Assembly: GCA_964016885.1 (NCBI GenBank)
Contig: OZ024745.1
Span: forward strand, 68,386,001-68,450,000
DNA: 64,000 nt
From: Eledone cirrhosa
Taxonomy: Eukaryota
Direction: 5' to 3'
A program made the translations under genes and the position numbers. The notes beneath the pieces were generated by a model. It searched no databases. It saw only the letters and a list, made by a program, of their open reading frames with translations, and was not told the DNA's origin. Shown here one piece after another: positions 27,699 through 39,866 of this stretch; position 1 is the first letter of the stretch, and every line of letters starts with the position of its first letter.

Positions 27699-28421
27699 CG
27701 TAAAATAAGAAAATATTTATTTTTTTAAAAATTTTAAAAAAATTTCTTACTTACTAACTTAAATTTTCACTCCAACTAATTAGTTTCTGCAATGGGATAA
27801 AGACAGTTACATAATCCAACTGTCGAGAATTCATTGCGTCATCAGGGAGTCTATTCTCAGCTGAGCCTCCAGGCAATGCGCGGACACTGGCGGCTCATAT
27901 AAAAATAATAATTCGGTAGAAAGAACAGCTAGGCGAGGACTGGATTCTATGTACTGAAATTCTCACTGCTTCCAGTCAAATGGCCGATTCTAAAGAATCA
28001 ATCACGTGACATAGAGGCCAGTTAGAAGGAATGGGATGGTAAGATGACTGACGCCTACTAACACCCCAAAAAAAATTTTGAAGTGGTTTTGGCAGGTTTG
28101 CTCGACAAATCAGTGATTTGGAGATAAGTATAGATAATTTAATATATCAACTAACATAGGCGCACAGAAGTCTCGACAGTTGGATTATGTAACTGTCTTT
28201 ATCCCATTGCAGAAACTAATTAGTTGGAGTGAAAATTTAAGTAAGTAAGTAAGAAATTTTTTAAAAATTTTTTAAAAAATATTTTCTTATTTTACGTCTT
28301 TTATATTATTGTTCTGCACCCTCCTGCATTGAACCACCTAGGTACTATGACATAACCTGTGTATTTGCTGGCATGGACGTGCATCTGTGCGCCTATGTTA
28401 GTTGATATATTAAATTATCTA
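27695..28421. mobile_element. Fold-back hammerhead element (~555-nt monomer, circularly permuted) in a (TA)n tract
   Basis: 27695-27828 is inverted at 28171-28303, and 28130-28168 is inverted at 28385-28423. Confidence 0.8.
27769..27850 (-). ncRNA. Type I hammerhead ribozyme with extended stem II
   Basis: ACTCC-CTGATGA-cGCAATG aattctc GACAGTT ggattatgt AACTGTC tttatcc CATTGCa-GAAA-CTAATTAG-TT-GGAGT. Perfect stem I, palindromic stem III, GUU triplet. Confidence 0.85.
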
Positions 28422-28456
28422 TATATATATATATATATATGTTTCTTATATATATG

Positions 28457-28518
<62 letters not shown>

Positions 28519-29054
28519 GTATGTGTGTATGTATGTCTGTATGTACGTGTGTGTACATGAATATATATTTATATATTTTTATATATATGTGTGTGTGTTT
28601 TTATGTGTGTATATGTGTTTGTGTGTGGTTGCGCGCAAGTGTGTGAGTGAGTATGTGTTTTTTTGTTTTTTTGTGAATGTGTCTGGGATTTTTGGCATAT
28701 AGTTGATTAGTTTAAGAGAAGTTCGAAGATAATAGTAAGATATGCACTCAGTATTTTGAATCTGTCTGCAGAATTCTCTAGACCTTTGTCACTTAGTAGA
28801 ACCTTAATGACTTTAGCTTTTAAAGAATCTCCCTTTTCTTTAATTCTATCGACTATGACTGACCCCCCACTGATTTTATAGACATCTGTTAGCTTAAGAG
28901 AAACTTATTGACAAGGAATGGTAGGCCATCCGGAACCTGTTTATAGAATTCTGTCTGCCCTTGTTACTCTAAAAACATAAATAAATAAAAATAAAAATAA
29001 AAATAAACTATAGCTTTGTAGAATTAGCTTTTAATGAATTCCCTTTTCTATCAA

Positions 29055-29116
29055 CCAATGACCTGCACCCATCCCACTCCCCACCCTCTCCTACCACTTG
29101 TAGAGACCTATAAATA
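29055..29116 (+). promoter_or_regulatory. CCAAT and TATA box just upstream of the family-B hammerhead
   Basis: CCAAT at 29055 and TATAAATA at 29109, 30 nt before ribozyme stem I (29139). Confidence 0.45.
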
Positions 29117-29138
29117 CCATATTTATTTTTTGATACCC

Positions 29139-29189
29139 AGATTCCTGATGATTTCAAATGAATGAAACAGTTCTAGTCCTGTAGAATCT
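29139..29189 (+). ncRNA. Type I hammerhead ribozyme (family B)
   Basis: AGATTC-CTGATGA(29145)-TTTCAAATGAAT-GAAA-CAGTTCTAGTCCTG-TA-GAATCT, followed by ATTAAA. Confidence 0.85.
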
Positions 29190-29204
29190 CATCTATATTA
29201 AAAC

Positions 29205-29304
<100 letters not shown>

Positions 29305-29376
29305 TAGACGCTAGCCCAGAGACGGATGCATTAGGGGATATAGACAATACAAAATGATAACATTAACAAGATAACT

Positions 29377-29580
29377 ACTTGGGCATCGGTTGTCGAAAAG
29401 AACCGTTGCAGCATATAGTTACATCCCTTTACATTCTGAGTTCAAATCCAGCCAAGCTTAGCTTTGCCTTTCATCCTTACGAGATCGATAAAATAAAGTA
29501 CCAGTAATGCACTGAGGTCGATTTAATCGATTTCCCGCTTTCCCAACATTTTTGGTCGTGTGCCTAAATCGGAAACCATT
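29377..29580 (+). mobile_element. tRNA-derived SINE, family 1
   Basis: CTGAGTTCAAATCC...CTTTGCCTTTCATCCTTACGAGATCGATAAAATAAAGTACCAGT. Confidence 0.8.
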
Positions 29581-30075
29581 CTTAATGGTGACTATTTAGT
29601 TCCAGGTTTTGTCGAGGCTGCTATGATATGAAAACATGAATGGGTGTGATATAATGTTAAAGGCTTAGATTTAGATTATTACTTAATTGTTTTAAACGTT
29701 GTAGTTATGTAGCTGAGTAGTTGTATTTCATGTGCTGAGAATTATTTGGTCTCAGTTTGTTATATTCGTTTAATTTTACTTGAATGGTGAGTGGTGTTAT
29801 GAGAGAAGAAATTATACACACACATACATATATATATATAAATGTGTATGTATATGTATATATATATGTATATATATGTATATATATGTACATATATGTA
29901 TATATAAATGTATATATATATGTGTGTATATATAAATGTATATATATATGAATGTATATACAGTGTATTTTGCAATACACTGTATGCTTAATTAAAAGCA
30001 TTTTGAAGACCATACGCTATTGTTTCAAAATAGTGACAATGTCACTTATTTAAATCTTCAGTAAACAGGGGAGAT

Positions 30076-30122
30076 AAACTGACAGAGCTCTGTTTCGTAT
30101 TTTTTGGTACTTATCAAGGTTC
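30076..30122 (-). ncRNA. Hammerhead ribozyme, U3:A8 core variant
   Basis: GAACC-TTGATAA-GTA ccaaaaaa TAC-GAAA-CAGAGCTCTG-TC-AGTTT. 10-nt palindromic stem III, GUC triplet, AATAAA downstream; stem I closing pair is mismatched. Confidence 0.6.
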
Positions 30123-33100
30123 ACTACCTCTCCTGTTTCCTGAAAATTGTGTGTTGGATTCTTATAGAATTCCAGTATATATATATATATATATGTGTGT
30201 ATATATATATATATAGAATACCTCAGTAACACACAAACAGCGGGCAACAGAGGCCACGTACCGCTCCTCTCCGACAGAACCCCCCCCCCCCCCCGAAAAC
30301 CCCTATGCTGATGGATGCGAATCCGAAATATAGGGACAATTAAATCTCTCCCAAGGTAACTCTATCTCGTGTTATTATTTTTATTTTTTACGCTCTTTCC
30401 TACGTTCCTCTACACACTATCCATCTCATTCTACATTCCCTTACATCTCTCTCTTCACCACTGGATTCTGTTACCCGGAGATTTACCCATCTGCATTGTT
30501 GAGGCTTCCAAAACGACCATATTAAAATTTTTTTTAAAATTATTCCACAATGCTACAAGCAAACTTCAATACTCTCATATATATATATATCCATAAACAC
30601 ATACATACCGATCATTCATACAAATGCATACATACATGTTTACATCCACAAATACACAATAAGAACTAAATAAATCTATAAAAGAATGATTATATATATG
30701 TGTGTGTGTGCATATATATGTATACATGTACACACACACACATGCACAAACATATATATGTATATCTCAAACATAAATGAATACACACCAAATATATATA
30801 CTCATAATTTCCCCATGTTTCAAATCTGTAACCCAAATGTTTAATTTTTTATTTTTTTTTTTTAAAATATTTATTGATTTATCTACTTATTTAAGTAATT
30901 ATTTATTCATTTATTTATTTATTTATACTAGATCCTATTTCTGGATGTTGATTTTTAAAAATAATACACATTATCGCAAAATAGACATTTTCAAATAAGA
31001 CATTTTTTTTTCGCTTTGATTCAAAGGAAATAAATTTGTATGAAATAGACGATAATTATCAATCAAATATAAAATGAGATCTATAATTTCCAATCATATG
31101 TACTGTATCGAAATGGCATCGAATTGTTTGATGGCTTATTTTGCGTCCTTACGTAAGTGGTTGGTGGACGAAGTATAGCTGAATGGTAAGAGGTTTACTT
31201 CACAGTCATTAGCTCCTCGGTTCGATCACTCTGTGGCACGTTAGGAAAAGTATTCACATTAGCTTAGGGCTGATTACATGCATTGTGAGAGAAATTGGTT
31301 TGACGAGACAGAAACTGTTTAAATGCCTGTCGGATGGACTGTACCGGTAATTCAAAGGCCCAGTTTCGGTTTTGTTACACGTGTCAAGCTGAATCGCACA
31401 AAGAATTACCTTACGTTTTTAATTAAGTTTGTGGAAAGTTCAACGATCTATAAGCTAGTTTCATGAACAGGCTGTTCCACTGAACGAACAAAATAAATAG
31501 TGATCGTAGAAACCGACGGAAAACCCTTCCACTTCCACATAAAATCGCTGTTCATTGCACATAAATATCTTTCACGTCCGTCTATGTATTGCATCCTCCA
31601 TTCCTACATACACCCACATATGTAGTCTCATATATTTTAACATACACATGTGTGCGTGTGCATACGTGTTAACTGATAGATGTATATAGATATGTATATG
31701 TATATATGTACATGTATGCATATGTACTTTACTACAGAGTTATCTTCCACAAGGAAAATTTTGCTGTGAAATGTATAAAGAGGACAATATTTTAGCCTCT
31801 ATTGAATACACAACTTCACACTATCGTGAAAAAGTGTTTCCTTTATTGCTGTTAGTGTTGTTTAACCCCAGGCCACCAAGAGTAACCGTCCTACCATTTA
31901 TCATATATGTTCACATATTTTAGGATCACATTATTCAATGTGACACTCATATTTAAAGATGACTGAATATCGTCTGAGAAAAATTTAGCTGCGATCTCTA
32001 GCATCTCACGTGACAACTAAAAGCTTCTTTGTTGACTACTTAGCGTTGTTCTTATCGATTAGCCATAGGTCAGTGGTGATCATGCAAACTTATGATAAAA
32101 AAAGTTACAATCCTCACCATCCATCTTTTAGCGGGTAGGGGTTACTGCAAACAGTAATATATTACCCAGTGTGTCTAGCTATTTTTTATGGTAGAGCGTA
32201 ATTTGGGGGCGAATCGTCTGCTATTTATACCAGATCGAATGACTGTTTAGAATCTAATCCGTGTTAGTTCACAAAAAGATGTTTATTTCTTTCTTAGTGA
32301 AGAATGACCGTTAGAATAACACATGAGATTTGTCTGTTTATAGAGATTGAAGAATCAGGTCAGTGTATAAATTATCTGAAAATGATTGATATATGTTTGT
32401 GTCTGAATGTTACAATTAAACAAAACATTCTGCCAAATCGTTCAAATCTCTCAGGCAAAGCATGTCAACATTTCGAAGTAGTAGACAATTAATTATAGCT
32501 GAGAATTTTTTTCTCTCTCTTTCACGAAACTGTTTTAGTTTGTGGAAATGATTACATTGGAACACCAAACGTCCTTACATAAAAACCTTTCAACTGTTCA
32601 ATATCAGCAACTATATAACAGCTTGTGTTTTTAATCCTACTAATTTACGTGTATCATATGATTATTCTATATTTGCCGCCATCTCTATCTTCCACTCTTT
32701 CTCTCTCAACTCGCCACTACTTTCTTTCCCTCCCCTTTAATTTCTCTCGTGCCAAAATCGTTGTGATCTATAGTCGCCAGCTGACAAATGGAATATCCTG
32801 CAGTGTAACCTGTATGGGAAATTTCGATAATATGGAAGCACAGTTGTGTCATGTATACAAAGCATAAACTTAAAGTAGCACAAATCTGTTAGTGAAACAG
32901 AAATCTTGACGTACTTGGGGATTTATCAGAATGTGGATGTTTATTGATAGAAAGATCACCCAATACAGGGCCGGTCTTTTCAGGTGAGGGGCACGATTGT
33001 GTGTTGCGTATATATTGCAATATGTGTACTCGATGAGAGTAGATTATTCTGGCGTGAGGAACAATTAGTTTAAACCAAGCGCTGATCCAATAAGTACAGA

Positions 33101-33124
33101 GACGAAGGTAATTTAGTAAAGCCT

Positions 33125-33537
33125 TACGAGGGTAATCCCAAAAGTAAGGTCTCCAAAGCGATGGGGACGCAGAGAAACTGTTCGTACGGCTGTTGGCAAC
33201 ACTGCTGTGATTGGTGCTTCCTTCACTCCCAAACAAGCATGCGTGCACTTCGCTGGGATGCTCAATTTTGGCTTGGCAGCCTTTGAGAATAGAGCTCCCG
33301 TTGAACGCTACCGCCAAGTGCGAATTTCGCGCAGTTATTATATACAAGGGCAATCCCAAAAGTAAGGTCTCCTTCCGAGGAAAAAATGCGTAAAGATCGG
33401 CGGATCACTCTGGATGCTCTCTTCATTTTGGTTCCTGAGGTTTCCCGAAGCACCATTCACAGGATTTTAACGGAAAAGTTGCAATATCGGAAGTTGTAAT
33501 ATCGGAAGGAGACCTTACTTTTGGGATTGTCCTCGTA
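33125..33537 (+). mobile_element. Mariner 5' end with transposase start, plus a MITE with the same TIR (33343-33537)
   Basis: TIR TAC(G/A)AGGG(T/C)AATCCCAAAAGTAAGGTCTCC at 33125 and 33343, inverted copy ending at 33537. IELPLNATAKCEFRAVI resembles mariner N-termini. Confidence 0.8.
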
Positions 33538-34024
33538 GTTTGAAAATAAGAAAGAAGTGACGGGTGCCTGCATGTCTTTCAGAGTCATAACTGAGGGATG
33601 CTAATATGCTGCTGCATAGCGTTCAGGAATAAAAAAAAATTCGGCTACAACGTCAATATGATTGAGATAGGAAGCTGTATGATAATCCAGATCTGTGAAT
33701 ATTGAAGAAATGGAAGACAATTTCAGCGGGGGCTAAAATGAAATATATGTCCTTGATAAAGAACAAAACATTGATGAAAAGTTGTTGTTTTAGAGAATCG
33801 TAGAGACAACGAATTAACTTGGAAGCATTAGGAAGGCAGAGTAATAGGTTTGTTGGTGATATTTAGAGGATTTATGTTCAAGACCGCAAACCTAATGATA
33901 GGGATGAACTTGTTTCTAACTTTCTAAAGAATGTTAGCGAAATATGATGAATATATAATGCTGTGTGAATAATTATCTGTAAAATGCACGGAATCATATC
34001 GTGGCTTTAAGGACATGTAAAGAC

Positions 34025-34102
34025 CTGGAGATAAATGAAGCATAAATATTTCCTTATTTAACTGGAGATAAATGAAGCATAAATATTTCCTTATTTAACT
34101 GA
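34025..34102 (+). repeat. 37-bp perfect tandem duplication
   Basis: CTGGAGATAAATGAAGCATAAATATTTCCTTATTTAA at 34025 and 34062. Confidence 0.9.
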
Positions 34103-34220
34103 GAGCTTTTGCAATCTGCATTGTAAGGGTCACATGTGAGGCTCTATATTGGGAAGCTTTACCAGAAATCTCCAAATATATCTCTTCTCACCGCACATAT
34201 GTTACAGATTTTGTTAATTC

Positions 34221-34419
34221 TACGAGGGTCGACTGAAAAGTTTATAGGCTGACCCAGATAATCTCATAGAATGACCAAATTAGGTTTATTTTTCAATGTA
34301 GTCACTGGAAAGAAACAATGATGATAATAAGAAGAGTTGAAATTAATGCATGCAAGATTGCATAGCTCTAACATCACTCCTTCATAGTTAACCTATGAAT
34401 GTTTTAACGTACCCTCATA
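34221..34419. mobile_element. Tc1/mariner-derived MITE
   Basis: TACGAGGGTCGACTGAAAAGTTTATAGGCT ... ACCTATGAATGTTTTAACGTACCCTCATA; homolog of 17141-17311. Confidence 0.7.
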
Positions 34420-35353
34420 TTTGGTCATTGCTGAATCAATTTTTCTCTTCCAGAAAACTATTCTTCACTGAAAGCTATTCACTCGAATAGACTGTTCAGG
34501 TACAGCGAAAATTGTACTGACCCATTTAAAATATAAGTACTGTTATTTATATAGCTAGTATACAAAAGATGATTTAAAGCAGTTATTAAAATAATAAAGC
34601 AATTAATAAAATATGCGGCAGGGCAACTCATAAATTCAGAATTCTTGAACTTTGTCCAATCAATAGTGCTGAAAAATATAATGATTATTTTTGTCAAAGA
34701 TAGATTAAGTATGAAAACCTCAGAAATCGTCTTGATAACCAAATGACAGCTGACGAAGTGTTCACTAGTAGTTTAGTGTAGTTATATTCAATCAAATTGA
34801 AATGAATTAACACAACCTTCATTGAAACTCTTTACTATCTATTAATATATTTACGGTTTGGAAATATACTCCATAGAAGCAAGATATAACCGCAAAAATG
34901 TATATTGGAAAACTTTAGATAAGAATCAGTCAAACTTTTCTTTGCACCTATATCGAAACTTCCGTGTTCATCAAGGATCAACTTGAATACAAACCGGGAC
35001 TGTTTCAGACATTCAGGCCAAAGGTGAAAGTAATAAATCTTATGATATTGTTTATATTACAGATTTTGGGCGTCAAAGATGCACATAATTCTTTTCCAAT
35101 ACATGGAATACATAAAACGGGGTTTTATTACTAGACTAACATTCTTCGCGAAAACCAATGATTCATTTCAAGAGCTCATAAATATTTTTTATGTCTACAA
35201 GTGTATAAACACATACAGTTATTATCGCAATTAAGACACGAGAGATCGTCATGTCTTGGTTATGTAGTTGGCAAGATAATCTGTTCGATCTCCACATGGC
35301 TCTCAAAATTTTATTTTATTTTCTCCTAACAGTATGAATAAATTCGACACTCG

Positions 35354-35454
<101 letters not shown>

Positions 35455-35648
35455 AATGAATAATAACAGGTAGACATCATAAAAAGGTAGTTTATTCCGT
35501 GTGCTTACAAGTGTTTCCACGATGGTGCTGCAGCCTAGTTCCGCTACGTGCAAATTCACAAGTATTTGCAGAACTCGAATATCCAATGCTGTGATCACTG
35601 TTTCCAGTGTAGTAATTAACCATCACTACATCTTGGATAATCCTATAC

Positions 35649-35713
<65 letters not shown>

Positions 35714-35732
35714 GCACACACAGACATGTATA

Positions 35733-36110
35733 TATATTCATTTATTAAGGCTAAATAGTGAGTCTTATTACTCTGGAATTTCGCCTGTTTATCACGAGGT
35801 CATCAGACAAGAACTAACGTTTCAATAGCAGACACAGTATAAAGAAAGGAAGATTCGAGGTGGAGGATGAGGATGAGGAATTAATTGAGAAGGGGTAATT
35901 AAGATAGGGTGGACAGGGTGGTGGTGCCAGTGAGGAAGAAGAGGATAGGGCTGTGTGCAAAAGCAGGTGATAATGGATAGTAGTTGGCATAGCCATAACA
36001 TTTTAAATGGTCATTGGGCATAGCGTATAATTTAGCCTTAATAAATGAATATTGATACTCTACTTCGGTATTGAGTACTCTTTTCTCCCAACCGTCAACC
36101 ACATACGGAT
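35733..36110. mobile_element. Inverted pLTR-like element: minus-strand body with hammerhead plus plus-strand tail
   Basis: ATTTAGCCTTAATAAATGAATAT is present inverted at ~35734-35756 and forward at ~36030-36052. Tail has GTATTGAGTACTC (36068). TA-rich flanks. Confidence 0.7.
35763..35812 (-). ncRNA. Type I hammerhead ribozyme
   Basis: TCTTGT-CTGATGA-CCTcGT gataa ACAGGc-GAAA-TTCCAGAG-TA-ATAAGA. Confidence 0.7.
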
Positions 36111-36125
36111 ATATATATATATATG

Positions 36126-36256
36126 GATTTCCGATATATCTCGTGGGGTGATCACGGTTAAAAAGTGTAATCAATACATTAGCAGAGTATAGGCATCTTT
36201 ATTTTATTATAGAAATGACTTCTACAGGACTAGAACTGTTTCATTCATAAATCATC
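36126..36256 (-). mobile_element. Diverged family-B tail truncated inside the hammerhead core
   Basis: Minus strand GATGA-TTTATGAAT-GAAA-CAGTTCTAGTCCTG-TA-GAAGTC and 'atactctgctaatgtattga' match 20580-20660. Confidence 0.7.
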
Positions 36257-37067
36257 TTTGATTGTTAAAAATGTGTGCCAGAGACTCATCAAGCCAGTGC
36301 TTAATCCGGTTTAATGGAAGTGTTAACCCACAGTTACTGGTGTCAATTCATATAAGTTATGCCGCGACCCCAAGTTCATGGTATAACAGAGACACCATGT
36401 GTCAGTCGTAAGGGTTTAGAATTCCCAAATATGAAAAGAGATGGGTTTAAGTAGGAATAGAAGAAAGAAAAGAAAGAAAATAGAAAATAAAGAGAAAGAG
36501 AAAGGTGTTATTTTCTGGTTGAGAATGTTTCCTTGTTACCTTTAAGATAGCATGTTAACGCAATGCTTCTGTATGTATGTATGGAAAAGGCGGAAGAACT
36601 CATAAGAGTCAAAGGTCATCCAAAAGTGTGTAAATATGTATATACACATGTACCGCGCGGTTAAACCACTGGGAGTGAAGGACCCCTAGCCTTTGTCAGG
36701 GCATTCTTCTAGGAGAAGGCAACTCAAGAAACTGGGATAACTCCGATATAAAACCTGCGGCTCAGTAGTTACCGATGATGTTGATCTTTTCTTCTTTTCG
36801 GTTTATAGCTACTGTCGCGCAGAAAGTGGGATTGGCTCAGTGCACAGTCTTTCCTCACTTTAAAAAAATATCTTCACGCACAGGCATTGCACGATAGAAT
36901 TAATTAATAATTATTAATAATTTTATATCGTGCAATGGCCATACTCGATAACGAGGGGGCAGCCATCATGTATGTATGTAAGCATGCATGCATGTATGTA
37001 TTTATAAATGTATATATGCATGTATGTATGTATGTATTTATGTATGTATGTATGTATGTATGTATGT

Positions 37068-37147
<80 letters not shown>

Positions 37148-37940
37148 ATGCGTGTATGTATATCCAATTGCTATGCAGCCATGAGAAACCTGTACTACCA
37201 TTTGCTACCACTGTTTCAATTTATGTGAATCCTGATGCTGGCTATATTTCCAATAAATGCGATGTATGATGAGACTGGGTGTAATTAGGAATCATCCAGA
37301 GATTATATGTAATGACCAATAAATCTTCTTCGAGTAGTCAACTTAGATCAGTTACTGTAAAGACTACAGCTATAAAACATCTGCTTGTTAATGTAGGTTG
37401 GAGAGGAAGAAGGAAAGAAAGACATATTTGTGAACATGAACCGTGTATTGTTGCTATGTTAGTTCTTTGTCTATTATACGAGAGAAGACTTGTGCTTCAT
37501 TTACGTATTGGTTGTTGGGTCTGCTTTAGTGTTTGTTAATCAAACATTGTATGTATTTAAATAATAGATTTAGTATTGGCTGTGTAAACTTATTTCACAT
37601 CATACTATAGTAATAAATTTAAAATCTTAGGAAATATTTTCACTTGCTGTTTACCATTTGCAGTATGGACGCAGCATATCTGAATGGTTAAGAAACTTGC
37701 ATTGGAAACATAAGGTTATGACATCTTCAGCAAGTGTCAGTTGCCACTGGGCCACATAAACTTTATTACTGAAATTGGGTAGACAGAAATTAACTTTGTA
37801 ACCCGTAGGATTATCTGTATCTGTAATTCAAAGAGCCAGTTTTGTTACACTGTTATGCTGAATTTCCTTGAGAATCACGTTAATGTCTGTGGAATGCTTA
37901 GTCACTTGAATATTACGGCATGTGCAGACTTTTTCGTTAA

Positions 37941-38087
37941 TTGAATCACCGGGACACTCATCTTCGAAATCAAGGGAGGTTTATCACATTGAATCACCGG
38001 GACACTCATCTTCGAAATCAAGGGAGGTTTATCACATTGAATCACCGGGACACTCATTTTCGAAATTAAGGGAGGTTTATTACATTC
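37941..38087 (+). repeat. 48-bp tandem repeat x3 at the end of a SINE
   Basis: TTGAATCACCGGGACACTCAT(C/T)TTCGAAAT... at 37941, 37989 and 38037. Confidence 0.9.
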
Positions 38088-39174
38088 CATCATTTGGTAG
38101 ATCCACATCTCACCTCTTCCTTTCCATATGCCTGTTGCCTCTTCACCTTGTTATTGGCCAATAAACCAGTAGTCGATTATCATTGGTGATTCTTCGATAA
38201 CTTAAAAGACTAAATAAGAAAAAAAATGAAGAAGTATTTCTTTATATCTCCATAAATAATGTCTATATTGTTGTTTTTCGTCGGTCAATAAAAGAACCAT
38301 TTATTTAGTTGACATTGTAGTCTCCCTTTAATATTAGCCCTACATCCAATTAGTTTTCAGCGTCTTTCGGTTATCAGCATTTGTCTATAATCTATTACAT
38401 ATACATTCACTCACACACGTGTGTGCATGTGAGTATGTAGTCGATCTAATCGGTTTTACCTATCCTCCATATCCGATTTATTCCACAAGTGCCAACTAGC
38501 CGCCTACAAATATAAACTTTATTCAACGTATTGAGTGCTCTTTTCTTTCCTTTGTACCGACACACACACATAAATACATGTGTGTATGTATATTACGTAT
38601 TCATATATTCACAAGCTTAAAGAGGTACATACATGTAGGTTTCTATAGCAATAAGTGTAATTATATACGTCTATTGCATTATTTCAATGAGAAATAATAA
38701 TTAATGTCCTTATTGGCATATAACCCGGTATAATGATCAATAAAAGTACACACAATGCATTTATACAGAAACCCATTACTTCTGTATAATTACAATTATC
38801 AAAATGCTAGTATTATAGCTGCAGCGCTCTCGAACATCACCCACGTGAATATTCCCAGTAAATTATGCATTGCAAATGGTCTAAGAGTGCTCTGTATGGA
38901 TTCCATAAAATTACTTCCTATCATGTACAAAATATTAATTTATAATATCTTAAATCCCCATCTGTTCCGACTACAACTGTTCCGGAGTTTTCCGACTACA
39001 ACTGTTCCGGAGTTTTGAACAAGTGGAGAGCCAGACCCTGGAATTAACGTGTAAATGGCTTAACATGAAACAGGTAAATACACTTTTTATTTCTGAAGGA
39101 GGTTCTACGTGACACAGTGGGTGACAAGACTTGCAACTAATTTCCTCAAGCAGATTTGACTGACTGAGGTAAGG

Positions 39175-39338
39175 CAGACCTGTCAACCCTTCCCGTCAGA
39201 CAGGGAGATGTTTTGTCTTGTGAAAATAGGTATAGCTTTCATTATGTGAAATCTTCCCATTTTTCCCAATTTCTCCCTGCTTTGGGGCACCTTTTTCATG
39301 TTACTCCTCGTTTGGGTTTTTAGAAGTTGGCAGATCTG
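39175..39338 (-). mobile_element. MITE with 13-bp TIR and 6-bp target duplication, inserted in a SINE
   Basis: CAGACCTGTCAAC ... GTTGGCAGATCTG flanked by GTAAGG on both sides (39169-39174 and 39339-39344). Confidence 0.8.
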
Positions 39339-39534
39339 GTAAGGTGAAATAAAGTGTCCTGCCTAATGACACGACTCACAGCTGGGAATCAAATTCACGA
39401 CGTTATGGTCACAAACTGAACTCTTTAGTCGCTAAGCCATGCGTCTGCACCTATGTATAATGTAATCTTGTATGTTAAAACAATATGATCTTTATTTACA
39501 TCGTGATATCGTATGAAATAGTATCGTAGTGATC

Positions 39535-39866
39535 TTCACAAAACTTGCCCACTTTTGTACTGTTGATAAAACTGAAGCGTCATCATCTAATCTAGCAACC
39601 ATGCCAACACGAATGTCCTTGAGAGTTAACCCCCCTTTGTTTTGCCGGTACTTGATAACACCACGATGCCAACGTTTTGTCCATTTCAAAGAGAAGTCGC
39701 TATTAGTTATTTTTGAAATCTTCTTTGAACGGTCAGATACCAGTTTACCTGGACAGAGACAATGCAGTTATCATTAAGAAGAGTTGAAATTACTGCATAC
39801 AATATTTCATAGCTTTAGCATTAATCTTTCATAATGAGCCTTTGAATTTTTCAACTAACCCTCGTA
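39535..39866 (-). pseudogene. Mariner 5' end with transposase N-terminal remnant
   Basis: HRGVIKY..KGGLTLKDIRVGMVARLDDDASVLSTVQKWA matches the mariner HTH start (HRAVIKYL..KGLTPKEIH.DM..TLGDDAPA.STV.KW). TIR end ...AACCCTCGTA at 39866. Confidence 0.8.

Noticed and set aside
30301-30335. Hammerhead-like CCCTATG-CTGAT-GGAT gcga ATCC-GAAA-TATAGGG
   Set aside because: Lacks G8-A9, stem III and the cleavage triplet; at best a relic.
32889-33359. 156-aa minus-strand ORF
   Set aside because: Runs antisense across a mariner TIR and transposase start, with no protein signature.
33600-34020. Possible CR1/Jockey LINE remnant (also 62470-62990)
   Set aside because: No convincing motif in manual translation.
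34441-34505. Candidate micro-exon (TTTTCTCTTCCAG...CAG/GTACAG); another acceptor-like site near 40852
   Set aside because: Splice-like motifs are expected by chance in AT-rich DNA. No recognisable peptide, and it cannot be supported without RNA-seq.
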